A stretch of DNA of 61,962 bases, counting the filler, from Choristocarpus tenellus KU-1152 (lineage: Eukaryota > Protista > Phaeophyceae): NCBI GenBank assembly GCA_964200185.2. It is 11 parts of 11 records of this genome, joined end to end, with 100 filler letters (N's around TTAATTAATTAA, not from the genome) between each part and the next. Parts side by side here need not be neighbours in the genome. Positions count along the whole stretch, not along the records: positions 1 to 3,730 come from CAXNAD020018261.1; positions 3,831 to 8,923 come from CAXNAD020011899.1; positions 9,024 to 11,897 come from CAXNAD020024018.1; 8 more parts are not named here. The stretch is one strand, 5' to 3'. Positions 1 to 11,997 of the stretch are shown here, piece by piece. The notes under the pieces are model-generated. The model was not told the DNA's origin, did not search any database, and saw only the letters and a list, made by a program, of their open reading frames with translations. The number at the start of each line of letters is the position of its first letter. Position 1 is the stretch's first letter. The translations under genes were made by a program, and so were the position numbers.

Positions 1-173
1 TACAAGGATTTTTGCAAAGAGGCAATACGGGTGTATCCTGACGACCCTTCCAAGCGGGTAAGCAGGGCGCACTTCCTCCGATTGCTCAGAGAGGACAGGT
101 CCAACATCAGGGTGAGGGTACGAGGCGAATTTATGAAATGTGACATATTTGTCACGTTAAAAGAGAAGCGGCA

Positions 174-440
174 GAGTCAAAGTATGTTAGAGGTTAGAGT
201 CGCGTCTGTTTGTTGTCTGTTTGGGGCAAAATCCAATGTTGCGATTTTCATTAAATTTTGGCTGTTGTGTTGTTAGGAAGTGTCAATATCCTTGTTCCAT
301 ACACACCTTTTCATAACATAGATATTTCACCTACTCAAAAATATTTCGGAGTAGGAAAATGTCTTTAAAAAAAACGTGGGAAGCCAAGCCCCAAACGGAC
401 AAACAGGGCAAAAATCGTACCCTCTAAGACACTTTCACTC
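174..440. mobile_element. MITE family A copy, TSD GGCA
   Basis: Termini GAGTCAAAGTATGTTAGAGG ... CCTCTAAGACACTTTCACTC; GGCA on both sides. Confidence 0.9.
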
Positions 441-1580
441 GGCACGGTGCACCTGGTGTAAAACCCACGAACGACTCCACCGTCCTCGAGTCCATCAACA
501 AGGAGCTGTCAGACCATCGAGAGGTAGGTGTTCAGCGTTAATTTTGCGACAAGCGTACAGTGGCAACATGCCGCCGTCATTGCCCTCCATTGGGAAGAAC
601 ATCTGTTGCCTTTTGCGAATGAAGACCCCCACGCAGGTGCTTATGGCAGCAGCAGCAGCCTCACTCACCGCAAAAATGTTGTTATTAGCTGCCCAAACAC
701 CTTGTATGATAGACTGCTTCCCGGTTGTCTACAACGGGCTGTGGGAGGGACAGATTATGTAGCGGTCTTCCGGCCCTGTTCATACGTAATTCCTACCATC
801 CCGATAATACTATGTTTGTCTTGAACGCAGCATTCAAAAACATGTCCAAAGACAAACATTTATTGCTACCTACACTCCATTTTTGTTACTAACCTGATAC
901 GTGTTAACAAGTGGCCATTTTTTTACAACTCTGAGCAGATTTATTTTATTTACAAATGTGATGTTGCTCTCCCCCATTCGCCAGATTATCCAAGCGGATC
1001 GGCTGGTCATCGCCAACAGCACCAGCAGCGCCATACGGGCCAAAGCCGACAGCAAACCTCTCGGCTTCGTGTTCATGCCCATAGATGCCGCGAACCAGAC
1101 ATCACACGCCCTCCCAGCACTTTACCCACCTACCCATGGCGGTGACAGGTAGCCACACACACGCATAGTCCATCTGTCAACAAGTTTGCAGCCGCACGCG
1201 GAACAGAATAGACGACCCCGTTTTATTCTACGAATGAGTCCAAAGTCCCAAGAAATAATCGCCAAAACAGACATACATAATTCCACTACCTATTCCGTTC
1301 ATCATGATGAGGACGCACCGTAGAACCTTTCTTTACACTTTTCTTTGGTTCATGTCCTTCTTATCAGGGGCTACTCCGAGCGCCAGAAGATCATGGCCGC
1401 ACACATCGAAGGCCAGTTCGCGGAGGTGTTCTTTACTCCTATCAATCTTGGAGGAGGTACGTATTGTGGGTCGTGGCAAACAATCACATGACTGAATAGA
1501 TGCTGGTTGCGCACGCACCACTTGATTTACCGTCGTGGCGAGTGGACCTGCTGTAGGTTAGATACCTGAGGATGAGTACA

Positions 1581-1837
1581 AAGTGAAAGTATCTTGGAGG
1601 GTACGAGATTTGCCCTGTTTGTCCATTTGGGACTTGGCATCCCATGGGGTTTTTTAATGACATTTTCCTACTCCAAAATGTTTCGGAGTAGGTAATATGT
1701 ATACGTTATGAAAAGGTGTCTGAAATATGGATATTGACAATTCCTGATAAACATGATAGCCAAAATTACATCAAAATCGCAACATTGGATTTTTTCCCCC
1801 AATGGACGCGGCTCTACCCTCCAAGATACTTTGGGTC
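1581..1837. mobile_element. MITE family A copy, TSD TACA
   Basis: AAGTGAAAGTATCTTGGAGGG ... CCCTCCAAGATACTTTGGGTC; TACA on both sides; opposite orientation to 174-440. Confidence 0.9.
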
Positions 1838-3730
1838 TACATGCTTATACGATATGTCTACAGATACCGCAGGCCTAGTGAACAGTCGATTAACTGATCA
1901 TGCGCTGTGCTCCCCTGCCCTCCTACGCCTCAGCTTCGGAAGGGCGAGAGGAGCGTAAGAGCTAATCAATGAGAAGGAAAACCCACAGACATGTATATCA
2001 GCCATTCGGGTTTATGTGCTCTACGTTGCAAAAACAAATTCCATCACCTCTCTTTTTATATCCAATTAAACAATGCGTAAGTAAGCAGAGTACTATTTGC
2101 CAACTAACAACAGACATCATCGTTCGCACAGGACTGACCTTGTCTGCACAGTCACCCACCTTGCCCTCACAAGGCTTATCGACAAGTACCACAACAACCT
2201 CGATCACGCGGGGAGTTGCATCATCCAGCACGCGCATTGGCAGGTAAGAAAGTTTCATCTTGACACGACCTACTCGACATATACTCGCTGAATACCGGTC
2301 ACCAAGTAACTAACTGCACGGTATTTAGTTTTGGTTTGTGTGTTGCAACCTGCATGTATGATGGCGGTGATGTAGAGCTTGCGCTCTAGCACTACTGGAA
2401 ACACGCCCTGTTCCTTCACGAAACGCGGCGAAATGGGCTGAAATATCGGCCTCACGCCTATCCCTCCCCCACTCCCAACTCCCCAAACTGGCCAGGTCGA
2501 CACACTGCGTCTCAGAGAACAAGAAAAAATTATTTCTTGGATATGCGAGGATGTTGGTCGCGGCGAGTGTCATTCGTGTGGTCGAGATACATTTTATGAT
2601 GGTGGGGCACATGCACATCAAAATCGATCAGATCTTCTCCAGGTAATTAGGCAAGATATACAAGCGCGATAGCCACAGAGTGTTTTTATACGGATAGACA
2701 CTGCCTTGAGGCTTACAATTCACGCTTGTTGCATCCATGGAAGGTTTATGGTCATACTTTGTAAGTGATTGATTGACTTTTGATTTCCCCACAACAAAAT
2801 TGAACGATAAGAGCATCTGCCAAAACTATCTCGTAACCTACTCTAGAAACAAAACAAAAAATAAATGTACGCATCACCCCTTTTTATATTTATACTTCCA
2901 TATACATGCATCGGAGCATGTGCCTGCATATATATCTTGCTTCTCCACTTCGTTTCTTTCGCCCCAGCCTCAAAATTAACTTGCTTGCATTTCAACTTCA
3001 GGTTCTCACGTGGTATAAAAGGGAAGAACATATTCACAAGAACACAGCTGGGTGAAGAGCTGCAGGCCTCTTACACGGAGGTTCCGGTCTACTGCAAGAC
3101 CCTACGGAACGAGGGCATCTTCAAGGGACTCCTTCGCGGTCGCGTCAACCGTGTTCCCAATATCACGAGCTACAGGGCTTTTCGCATTGAAAAAGGCCGT
3201 GATAGGTGGGTTAAGGTTAGCGTAAAGCAATACATGCACAGCACCAAATGGAGCGGGATAGGTGGAGACCTTGCTATCGACCCCAACGCCCCTCCGCACG
3301 ACCTCTTCATCGCCCACCCGCCTCGTCTCCAAGATGCACCACCCTACCAGCTCAAGAGCGTTCCCGAAGACGTCATCTTGAAGATGGAGCAGCGATACCA
3401 AGCGTTGCACGAGTGCCTTGCTGCTGCATACCCACTGGTTAAGTCGAACATTTCGTGAGGGGAGTTGATGGCTAATTTTTGTATTCGGTAGCAGCCAAAA
3501 AAATCTGGTACAACCTCTGTACGAGGCAGCCTTTACAGCCCTTACAAAATCAATCTTGAAAAATATTCCATTCTCATGCGTAGTGATCGTCGCATGTTAC
3601 AATAAAAAAGTACTATAGATTACCCCCGATAAATGTTTTGAGGGTACCGGTCTTGTACTCAACAGACACGAATCCGACGAAATATACACCCTCCCTCTCA
3701 CTGCATGCTCCCCGAGCACATTCGTGAAAC

Positions 3731-3830
3731 NNNNNNNNNNNNNNNNNNNNNNNNNNNNNNNNNNNNNNNNNNNNTTAATTAATTAANNNNNNNNNNNNNN
3801 NNNNNNNNNNNNNNNNNNNNNNNNNNNNNN
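3731..3830. other. Artificial contig spacer (N44-TTAATTAATTAA-N44); also at 8924-9023, 11898-11997, 15140-15239, 18414-18513, 21150-21249, 25980-26079, 42905-43004, 46081-46180, 53972-54071
   Basis: Identical 100-bp structure ten times; the core gives stops in all six frames. Confidence 0.97.
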
Positions 3831-4535
3831 CCCCGACACACACACATACTTTGAGCCTATCCCCTTGCTGTAGGTGGTAAGGAAGGCATCTCAGCCAGGA
3901 TTCGATCCCATAACCTCCGATTTTGCATAAGTTTGACAGGGCCTACAAGATACTTCACCGAACTTTCTATCTGTACATATTGGGCTCCTCATCTGAGCAC
4001 ATAGAGTAATGATGTGACATATTTAAAAAAATTGACAAGGGAGGTCCGTACCCTGATCTTTGGATCTGCATCCTACCAGTGAACTTTACTTTTTATCATG
4101 CACCGTATATATCACGAGGTCGCACTATTCCCCTCCTCCAAAAAAAAATGAGCACAACCATGGTGCACCCAACCAACAAGAAGCTAAAACTTGGCAAATG
4201 GGCATCATCAGGGTGATAGTAAATGTATCCACTGAAGTACCGCGATGATAGGGCAAGGTCACAAGGACACAGAAGACGCAACACCACATGGGTTAGGGTT
4301 AGGGAAAACTGCAAATTGAATACCACTGAAGGGCGGATAGAAGGTTAGTACCAAAAACCAGATTAGGCACGAACTTTCTTTGAGTAGGAATTTACTATGA
4401 CCAAGATACATTAATCCCCTTCAAGAGTCAAGACCAGCAGTGACCCTAACCCTAATGCTGCATCACCAACAGAGGAAAACAAAGACCGAAAAATATGACA
4501 AATGGCTATTCGTACATATTCAAAACGTTTCTCAC

Positions 4536-6117
4536 CCTCTGATTCAGCCCCAGTTCCTCCCGCAGGACCTCAGCTACTGGTGCATCATCCGCCAGCATGC
4601 TGTCCCCCACCCCTTGCCCTGAGAGACCATCCTTCCGGAGGACTTTATCCAAGGCCTTGGCCACCTGACTCAGGGGGCGAGACGGCAAGGCAAAAACAAG
4701 GGCTCGCCCCTCCCCCAGAGCAGACTGGTCCCCGCCTGCCATAAGTTCTCGCTTGACAAGTGAGCGCAGAATGGCCAATTTTTTCTCTTTGGGGCATATG
4801 ACGTAATAGTGAGACAGGGAAGAGGGCATTGCCTCTTTCCTATGTACTTGAATGTGCACCGGCTCTGACAGGGTCCACTGCCTCTACTAGAGGGGAGGGG
4901 GGTCGATAGGGTTGTACCAACAGAGGGGAAGGGAGGTGGAGGGTGGGAGTGGAATCGAGGAGTGACTTCCTTGCGGAATGGAATGTACGTCAAAGGGCAT
5001 CCTAATGTAAGACCTGATCAAATATGTGCAAGATGGAGAGGATAGATTTTGCACATGCGGGTAAATATGCACACTATCCTGCTGGATGGTGAAAGACTTT
5101 ATTTTCTCCGCTCTCTTCTTTGGGAGGGATAACAGTACCTAATCCTTCCCATTGCCTGTCTCGCTCAGGACACCGTAGTATTTATACCTGCATGCACTGC
5201 TTAATGAAGTGATTGTGTTGAGGTACGGTGGCACTTGCGAAAACCGTCTGTCGATCCCGCGGTTTACGTCGCAGTATGTCGTCTCCCAGGTCATCTTCGG
5301 CATGCGTTGGCGATAAGGATTTGGCCAGCAAATCATGGAGAGAGGCACGTGTGTCTACGGATAGCAGGCAAGCGTCCACCTCGTCGACCACCACGTATTC
5401 AACAGAGTTAACTCGAATCGCGTGGGATGAAACGAGGTGTGATAGACTGTCTGGGTTGCCAATGACTATGTGAGGGGGGTCGGCCCATGCCCAGGCTTTC
5501 TGGCGTGTGTTACGTGAGCCCTCAAGCACAGACATGACTTGGATACGACCTCCGATCTCAACACCTGTGGCAGCCGCTAGGCGTTTCGCCACCCCAGCGA
5601 CTTGGAGACCCAGCTCCCGCGTAGGGACAACCACCAATGACTGCACTGCCGAGCGAGATGGGTCCAACGCAGCGAACATGGGCAAAAGAAAAGCCAAAGT
5701 TTTTCCACTTCCTGTCTGGGCATGGAGAACGGCGTCGTTTCCGTCCAGTAAGAGATCCAAGGCCTTGCGCTGTACCAAGGTTGGGGTGTGGAAGCCCAGC
5801 TCCTCGAGACGATCCAGGAGCCAGGCTGGGAGCCGATTTGAGTACAAACCACGGAAAGTTGGTTCTAACGAACCGAAAGCCGAAGTTTCTCCTTCATAAT
5901 GTACGGGTTCAGGCGAATTCGTTGCACTACACCACGTCTTGGTTAAGGGCTGACACCTTCGCACACCCCGCCCGTTGATTCCTCGGGCCCTGTTGGTCGA
6001 AGCCAGATTCCTATCAGCCCTCCAGTACGATCTTGTCGCCATAATAAAGCCATGTGTCGGCGAAGGTTGCGCCACCATGAGGGTAAGAGCAAGCACTCGG
6101 ATGAGTAACCGAGTCAT
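4536..6117 (-). CDS. DEAD-box RNA helicase, probably plastid-targeted; exons 6117-5188 and 4883-4536; 3' part missing at contig end
   Basis: Q motif GFHTPTLVQ, motif I AQTGSGKT, Ia VPTRELGLQ, II VDEVD, III ASAT. Exon 2 continues in frame (RQWTLSEPVHI..SHYYVIC..ALVF). N-terminal hydrophobic signal peptide ends THG-F. Confidence 0.9.
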
Positions 6118-6333
6118 TGTTGAAGTCAACTAAGACACTCTCTTGTAATAGCGATAAAGGTTTCCCAAGACATTCGAAGCTTTGAACCTGTGCCAACGTT
6201 TCATAGCATTCAAATCGGACTTTATTGGAGTGATCAACTGTTGAAGCACAATCTAACTCAAGTACGAAGGTGGAACATCCTGGTGAAACCAAAGAACTCA
6301 TAGTGCTTTGCAGGTTTTACAGGAGTGGGAAAT
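6118..6333. promoter_or_regulatory. Putative bidirectional promoter / shared 5' region
   Basis: Only about 216 bp between the divergent ATGs of the helicase (6117) and the DnaJ gene (6334). Confidence 0.55.
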
Positions 6334-8755
6334 ATGGCTACTGCTCCAGAGCACCCTGACTTCTACAAGAGGCTCGGACTGCAACGTGCTGCTTCTGATG
6401 CTGAGATCAAGAAGGCGTAAGTGTCAGGATATCGAGCATTGTATGAGCAGTGTAGCATTTTCTTGCCGTTTAATGCCCTACCCTAATGAACAGTGCTTCT
6501 GGATGTAACGTAAGGCCAAGTCAGATCCATGTAGTATATCAGAGAGCATTCCAATATCCCTTTGAACTCCGGCCTTCATCTTAATCGCAGATATCGCAAG
6601 CTAGCCATGAAGTGGCACCCGGACAAGAATAAAGATAATGCGGTGAGCACCTTTGAGTCAGGGAGCAAGAGATAGCATTTTTCCCTCGTTGGTGATGATT
6701 TGAAGAGTTTGAGGTCCACCACACCACGGTGTGCTGAAGCAAACTGAGTACTTCAGAGCGCATTCTTCTTGTTCAAGGACTGACAATTGTAGCAATCAAG
6801 ACATTCCTACCATCGCAATGGTAGAACTTGAGTATGTTTAATCACTAGAAATAGCCGATATCAGCCATATTATCAGCTAGAGCTGCCTAGCTTATGCTGA
6901 ACGATAAATATTTGTGTGTGTTCGTGTTTTGTACAGGACAGGAGAAAGCGCTTTGACAGTAGTAGTAGGTATTGCTGGAGTCTCTCCTAACACTAGACAA
7001 ATTACATAACCTCTAAGTCCACCTTCTACGAAAGATTCCGTCAAATTGGAACATCTTTCAACTCCTTAACGTCAGCTGAAACGCCGCCAACAAGCATTGT
7101 CCACTTTCGTAACGGCACCAGCGAGAGGCTTCAAAGACATTCCAGGATATTGGGGAAGCCTATGACGTGCTCAGTGACAAGGAAAAGCGGGCAGTATTCG
7201 ACCAGTACGGTTATGAAGGTCTCCGAGATGGGGTGAGTTCCAAACGCACGCCACTTCTACTGCATGTTATCTGGATCTTTCGTAGCCGGCTGGTTCCATT
7301 GTTTGTGTAGCCTAGATTTATTTTGTCCATCTGTCTTGCATGATAGCACATTCACCACAAGGTGAACTCCAAAGCATTGCACATTGTTACACATTTGGTT
7401 TTAGAATGAACTGCAAGGCTAAGAGTTTCACCCACTGCCCAATGCCCTTACAATTGTAAGGAAGCCAAGTTACCTGAGCGAAAAGCATCTTGATGTGAGT
7501 GGAAAAGTCAGAATCGCCTCGAGTCTCAAACACTCTTCTTATGTGTTACCTGAGTTGGTACATCTATTGTGCAACAATTTTACGACTTCCTTATTCGGCA
7601 CATTTGTGTGCACCGTCCATTTCGTACCACCTCAGGTAAACAACTCTGGAAGCGGCAAGCCACAGGGCTACCACTACAAGCAGAACGCACAGGTGACCGA
7701 TGCTGTGATGATAGTGAAGCGGACTATCCTTCCATGTGTGCAATCTTCACCAGCAATACTCAGAAAACGCGATGACTATAGTACGTGGTGCACCCTAGAT
7801 TGCTCCAAGACCAGTTCCCGAGGTATCATAAGCTTTTGTTGCATATAGATAAGAGAGCATCAGTCGTTGATCATCTCCACCACCCACCGTCCTCTCCTTT
7901 CCTATCAATGCAGGAGATATTCGAAAATTTCTTTGGAACCCAGAACCCGTTCATGGACTTTGCCTTTGGCGACACGATGCCCTTTGCTTCCCGACTTAAG
8001 AAACCTGGACCCAAACAGCCTGACCCTGTAGTACAAGACCTTGAGTGCTCCCTGGAGGAGCTCTTCAACGGATGCACAAAAACGCTCCGGGTAACACGCA
8101 AGGTGGGTCAAACAAGTGAGATATATCGTCCCCAATGGTGTCCCTCTGGAGGACTCAGGTAGGGCAGCTTTCCTTTCTGGAATGGGAGGGACAGCGACTT
8201 TAAGTGCAATTCTCGTGCTGATACAGTCACATAGGTTCCTTTCACACCAAACGCTCGGCCAATAAGAGTGGAATACACTGACCAAAAGCACATTAATTTT
8301 CGATCCTGTTCATGGTGAAGGTCAGCCGCTGGAAATCAGACAAACTATTTACAGCACACGTGCCTGAGAGGTAACCTCTCTCTTTCTCTGCAAAAGAACT
8401 GCTACTATGGTCCACACCCTAACCCTAAACCTAACCCCAACCCTACTACAGTCCACACCCTAACCCTAACCCTAACCCTAACCCTAACCCCAACCTTACT
8501 ACAGTCCACACCCTAACCCTACTAACAGCGCCCTCCCAAGGCCACCTCTCTCAATCTCTCCTCGCCCCCTCCTCGTTGCCGAGGAGCATTCAAGCAGAGG
8601 ATGACGCCGGAGGGGAGGCTGAAAGAAGCGTCCAAAGAGCTCACGGTTGCAGTCAAGCCAGGCTGGAAGAAGGGCACCAAGATAACATTCCCAAATGAGG
8701 GCGATGAGGGGTCTGGCATTATCCCGGCAGATGTGGTGCTTGTGGTTTCAGAAGG
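6334..8755 (+). CDS. DNAJB13: Type II Hsp40, DNAJB13/RSP16-like; exons 6334-6416, 6591-6652, 7122-7232, 7636-7692, 7914-8102, 8598-8755; truncated by contig end
   Basis: Spliced J domain [48 protein letters not shown], then [28 protein letters not shown] and [18 protein letters not shown]. All introns are GT-AG and phase-consistent. The subfamily call is from recalled similarity. Confidence 0.85.
8403..8527. repeat. Intronic telomere-like (CCCTAA)n composite repeat
   Basis: Three units of (ACTACA)GTCCACA+(CCCTAA)n; another CCCTAA run at 8792-8818. Confidence 0.85.
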
Positions 8756-9023
8756 GTGAGGCGCCTCCCTCGCTGAGTTCAACGACAATATCTAACCCTA
8801 ACCCTAACCCTAACCCTATAAGTACTGAGTTCAACCAGAACAACTAACCTGATATAATTGCGTCAGTTCAGTGGGGAACTCAAGTTGACAAATTCACACC
8901 ACTTTGTTTCATGGGGGGGGGGGNNNNNNNNNNNNNNNNNNNNNNNNNNNNNNNNNNNNNNNNNNNNTTAATTAATTAANNNNNNNNNNNNNNNNNNNNN
9001 NNNNNNNNNNNNNNNNNNNNNNN

Positions 9024-9068
9024 TTGCCCCAAATGGACAGCGACCTCCCCCCCCAGATACTTTGAGCC
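9024..9068. mobile_element. MITE family B terminus (contig start); another at 3831-3857
   Basis: CCCCAAATGGACAGCG..CCCCCCAGATACTTTGAGCC matches the family B end. Confidence 0.75.
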
Positions 9069-9245
9069 TGTGTCAAATAGCAGATGGTCACCATCTCTGT
9101 CAATGTATACGAAAATGTTCCCGGAGGCCACGTTCGTCCCGAAAGTTGTACTCACTGCTCTCGTTAGTGTATCGAATGTGACGTGTTCTTAAATTTCCAT
9201 GACTCTTAGATGGCCTTGCAGCTCGACTTTGACCCGGTGATACAT
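9069..9245 (-). pseudogene. Degenerate PB1-domain-like coding fragment
   Basis: MYHRVKVELQGHLRVMEI*EHVTFDTLTRAVSTTFG...FVYIDRDGDHLLF: N-terminal Lys strand plus OPCA-like YxDxDGD motif. One in-frame TAA; cut by a MITE. Confidence 0.5.
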
Positions 9246-10315
9246 TTTGCGTACTGTTTTGTAGTTATGATGTCTGAAGGACTGACGATGGGGCAGCAGA
9301 AGTAAGAAGTAGTAAAGAAAGGGACATGTTAGTACCAACAGGATTTCAACGTTGTCTCGACGAGACTTACATTACATGCGTTTAAAATGGGAGTTCTTCA
9401 TCAGTTATGGAATGGTACAAACGAAGGGGTAGATACACTTGGAATCGTCAAGTTAGTCGGAAGTTGTTATTGGAACCTGAACTTGCACCTTCTTGGGGCG
9501 TGCACTAAGCAGATTAGAGTGGGTAATTTTCTCCTTCGTTCTCACTCTCACCTGTAATCAATAATTTCCTCCTGCAGGACATACTAGTTGTAATTGATGG
9601 TGTGTTGATCAAGGTGGAGCGGTGGAAGGAAGGGTGGGTGGTTTCTGGAACAAAAAATATATTTCAAATATTGTTTTTATGGAAGTGTATAGAACATAGG
9701 GAATGCTCCAGGACTAGTATTCCATATGGTGTATTATGACGTTACATCTATAGTGGGTGTAGTTATTTATATAAGAGAGGGTAGGGTAAGGGAACTCTTT
9801 TCTCTTAAACCGAGTGATTGTGATAAGAGAAACCTACATTAGGTCCAACAACAGTGGTTGTAGGGACTTTGTACTTTTCTCCAAACGATGATAGAGTGAC
9901 GCCCTTGCTGTATGTACGTCCCATATGCCTTCAAAAGTAGTCACATGTAGATATTTATTGAATATTGCCCTCGGTGACCCAATTCGATGAAACTGGGGTG
10001 GTGCAGCAAGCACCACATCTATTCCACCCCTGCACAATATACCACTATGATAAGTATACTCATTACGATGTATTCACTCATATATATTGTACACCTTCCC
10101 AAGAAAAGCATTCGCAAGCTGTTGGATGGCTAGACAGACGACTCGCAGTTCAAATCAAGTCAATGTCCAAAGACAATGTCTGTTCGATGCCTTGCCCTAT
10201 GTATTGAATTGCACTCTACAAGGATATTATACAATAAACTATCAAAAACACCACCGTGGATCAAATGCAGCTGCACCGCCATGCACCCCCCATCGCACAC
10301 ACTGAGTAAAACAGC

Positions 10316-11384
10316 TTAATCACTGATAAAAAAAATCGCGACTGCCAAAAAAATCGGGGATACTTGTTTGATTGCCCTTGCCTCGATTGCGCTGAGCCAA
10401 GCCAGCTTTGCTTTCTGGAGAATGCACGAAACATCGTTCGTGCTGCACTCTTTGGTGGTTCTTTCTAAGCTTGCAAACTCGCCAGTTACTTGAGAGTTTG
10501 ACGGTGGAGGAATCGAGAACACTGAAGAGGCTGCTCCTTTCCTCACGACCCTGATGCGCTGCCCCCCCTCATAACCCATCGTCATCCTCATCACCCGAGC
10601 TTTCATTGCCTGTCTGGTACAAGGATTCCTCGAGCAGCTGAACTTTAATGTCCTCTAGTAACGCATTGACCACTTTATCATTGCCTTCCACACCGATCCA
10701 CGCTCTCGCTGCGTCGATGGAAGCCTGAGACGGTTTTCCGATAGTTCGGAGGTGCAGAGAGTCTAGAACGTCGGAGAGATCCCCATTAATATATAGGGAC
10801 ACCTTGTGGGATGTACCGAGGAAAATGGCCACCTGTTATACTACAGTACACAGTACAGACTAATTTTTAAAAAAATCGATCATGATCCTCATTAGCAGAC
10901 AGTGCAGAAAGACAATTCAATCAGGATCACAATCAACCTACGTTCAGACTTTCAATCCACGCTCTCACGCACCTCGACATTTTTTGCACCCTTCGTAGTT
11001 TTGGTGTCAGGCTTCATCATTGTCTGCGCTTTCTCCATGATGGTTGTTGCCTCCTTCTTCAACTTGTAGAGGGTGCTGTGACCGATTTCAAACTTTTGAG
11101 CAACCTCAGTTCCCTTCATGGTCTTCAGGAGTGTCAACGCTTCCACTTCTCTGGAAAGTCCAAGCGTTTACGATTGTCGGCACCAGGCTTGTAGGACGCG
11201 CCTTTCTCCGTAGATTTATTTGGCAACACCTTCCCTTTGCCCTTGTTGTTATCGTCCGGCGCTTCGACGCCGTGTTGTTGTCACTGGCTGGAGGACTCGA
11301 AGTCTTGTGCTTGGTGGGGCTCACGCACAATTTGCACTCGCGTTTCATTTCGCTGGCGCCAAAAGGATTCATGAAGATAGCCAC
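10316..11384 (-). mobile_element. Internally deleted pogo/Tigger-like relic (CENP-B/psq HTH plus acidic C-terminal region, no DDE core seen)
   Basis: NRKRLDFPEK/(frameshift)VEALTLLKTMKGTEVAQKFEIGHSTLYKLKK resembles a psq-type HTH; acidic tail ESSGDEDDD at about 10570-10610. Confidence 0.5.
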
Positions 11385-11997
11385 TACAAACGCAACACTT
11401 CTGGCTTGTATAGTATGGCGGACCAGGAGAATTTCTCTGTATGTTTTAGCTGGATCTTGATGAGCAAGGCATTGCTATATCTGTATAATACAGTCATCTA
11501 AACTTGATGTGATATATTGTATGTCCTGTACTGTGTGCGCAGTAGTGTGGGAGACAAAAGGCTGCTATGCTGTGTACTGCTGGTCTCGATCATCTTTGTG
11601 CCTTATTATATTTTCCTTAACTTTGGCTTTTTGGTAAACCTGCTCAAGTAGTAAAAAAATGAGAGTTTGGTCTATATAAAAGAGAATTGACAGGAAAACG
11701 TTCAAACCTCTCTTGTATCATGAAAAGTAGTGATACCGCAGTATAATTTCTCTTATATCCCATTTTCTCTCATATCAGCCTCTATTATATACATACACCC
11801 ACTACACCCACATTTTTTCACCATGTTACTACTACAGTACCTACCCCGATTTTGTTCACCCATGGGCATGCCCGAAAAAAGCGGCACAGAATTGATGNNN
11901 NNNNNNNNNNNNNNNNNNNNNNNNNNNNNNNNNNNNNNNNNTTAATTAATTAANNNNNNNNNNNNNNNNNNNNNNNNNNNNNNNNNNNNNNNNNNNN

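Larger units (their letters stand above)
1..3458 (+). pseudogene. Intron-containing DUF7869 / Sola-like DDD transposase pseudogene (5' end beyond contig)
   Basis: Exons <1-523 (interrupted by a MITE; FMKCDI..TLK), 985-1148 (FMPIDAANQTSHALP), 2114-2243 (TDLVCTVTHLAL...HWQ), 2496-2642 (VD/CVSENK...FMMVGHMHIKIDQIFSR, +1 frameshift after VD) and 3002-3458. All internal boundaries are GT-AG. Motif order matches the D..DNC.ENKN..GHTH.DIDQ.FS signature. Confidence 0.75.

Noticed and set aside
1716-1958. Recurring ORFs with LPNKH.SQNYIKIATLDFGP (also 15366, 27016, 38754, 45793)
   Set aside because: Translations of the non-coding MITE family A; frames and stops are not conserved.
3775-3786. Recurrent TTAATTAATTAA palindrome as a biological repeat or CRISPR-like element
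   Set aside because: Always centred in N runs of fixed length; it is an assembly linker.
3890-3945. tRNA-like B-box (GGATCGAATCC on the minus strand)
   Set aside because: No complete cloverleaf; at most a decayed SINE head.
5228-5978. Plus-strand ORFs over the helicase (and similar antisense ORFs over copia, DnaJ and COQ2)
   Set aside because: Shadow ORFs of real genes on the opposite strand or in another frame.
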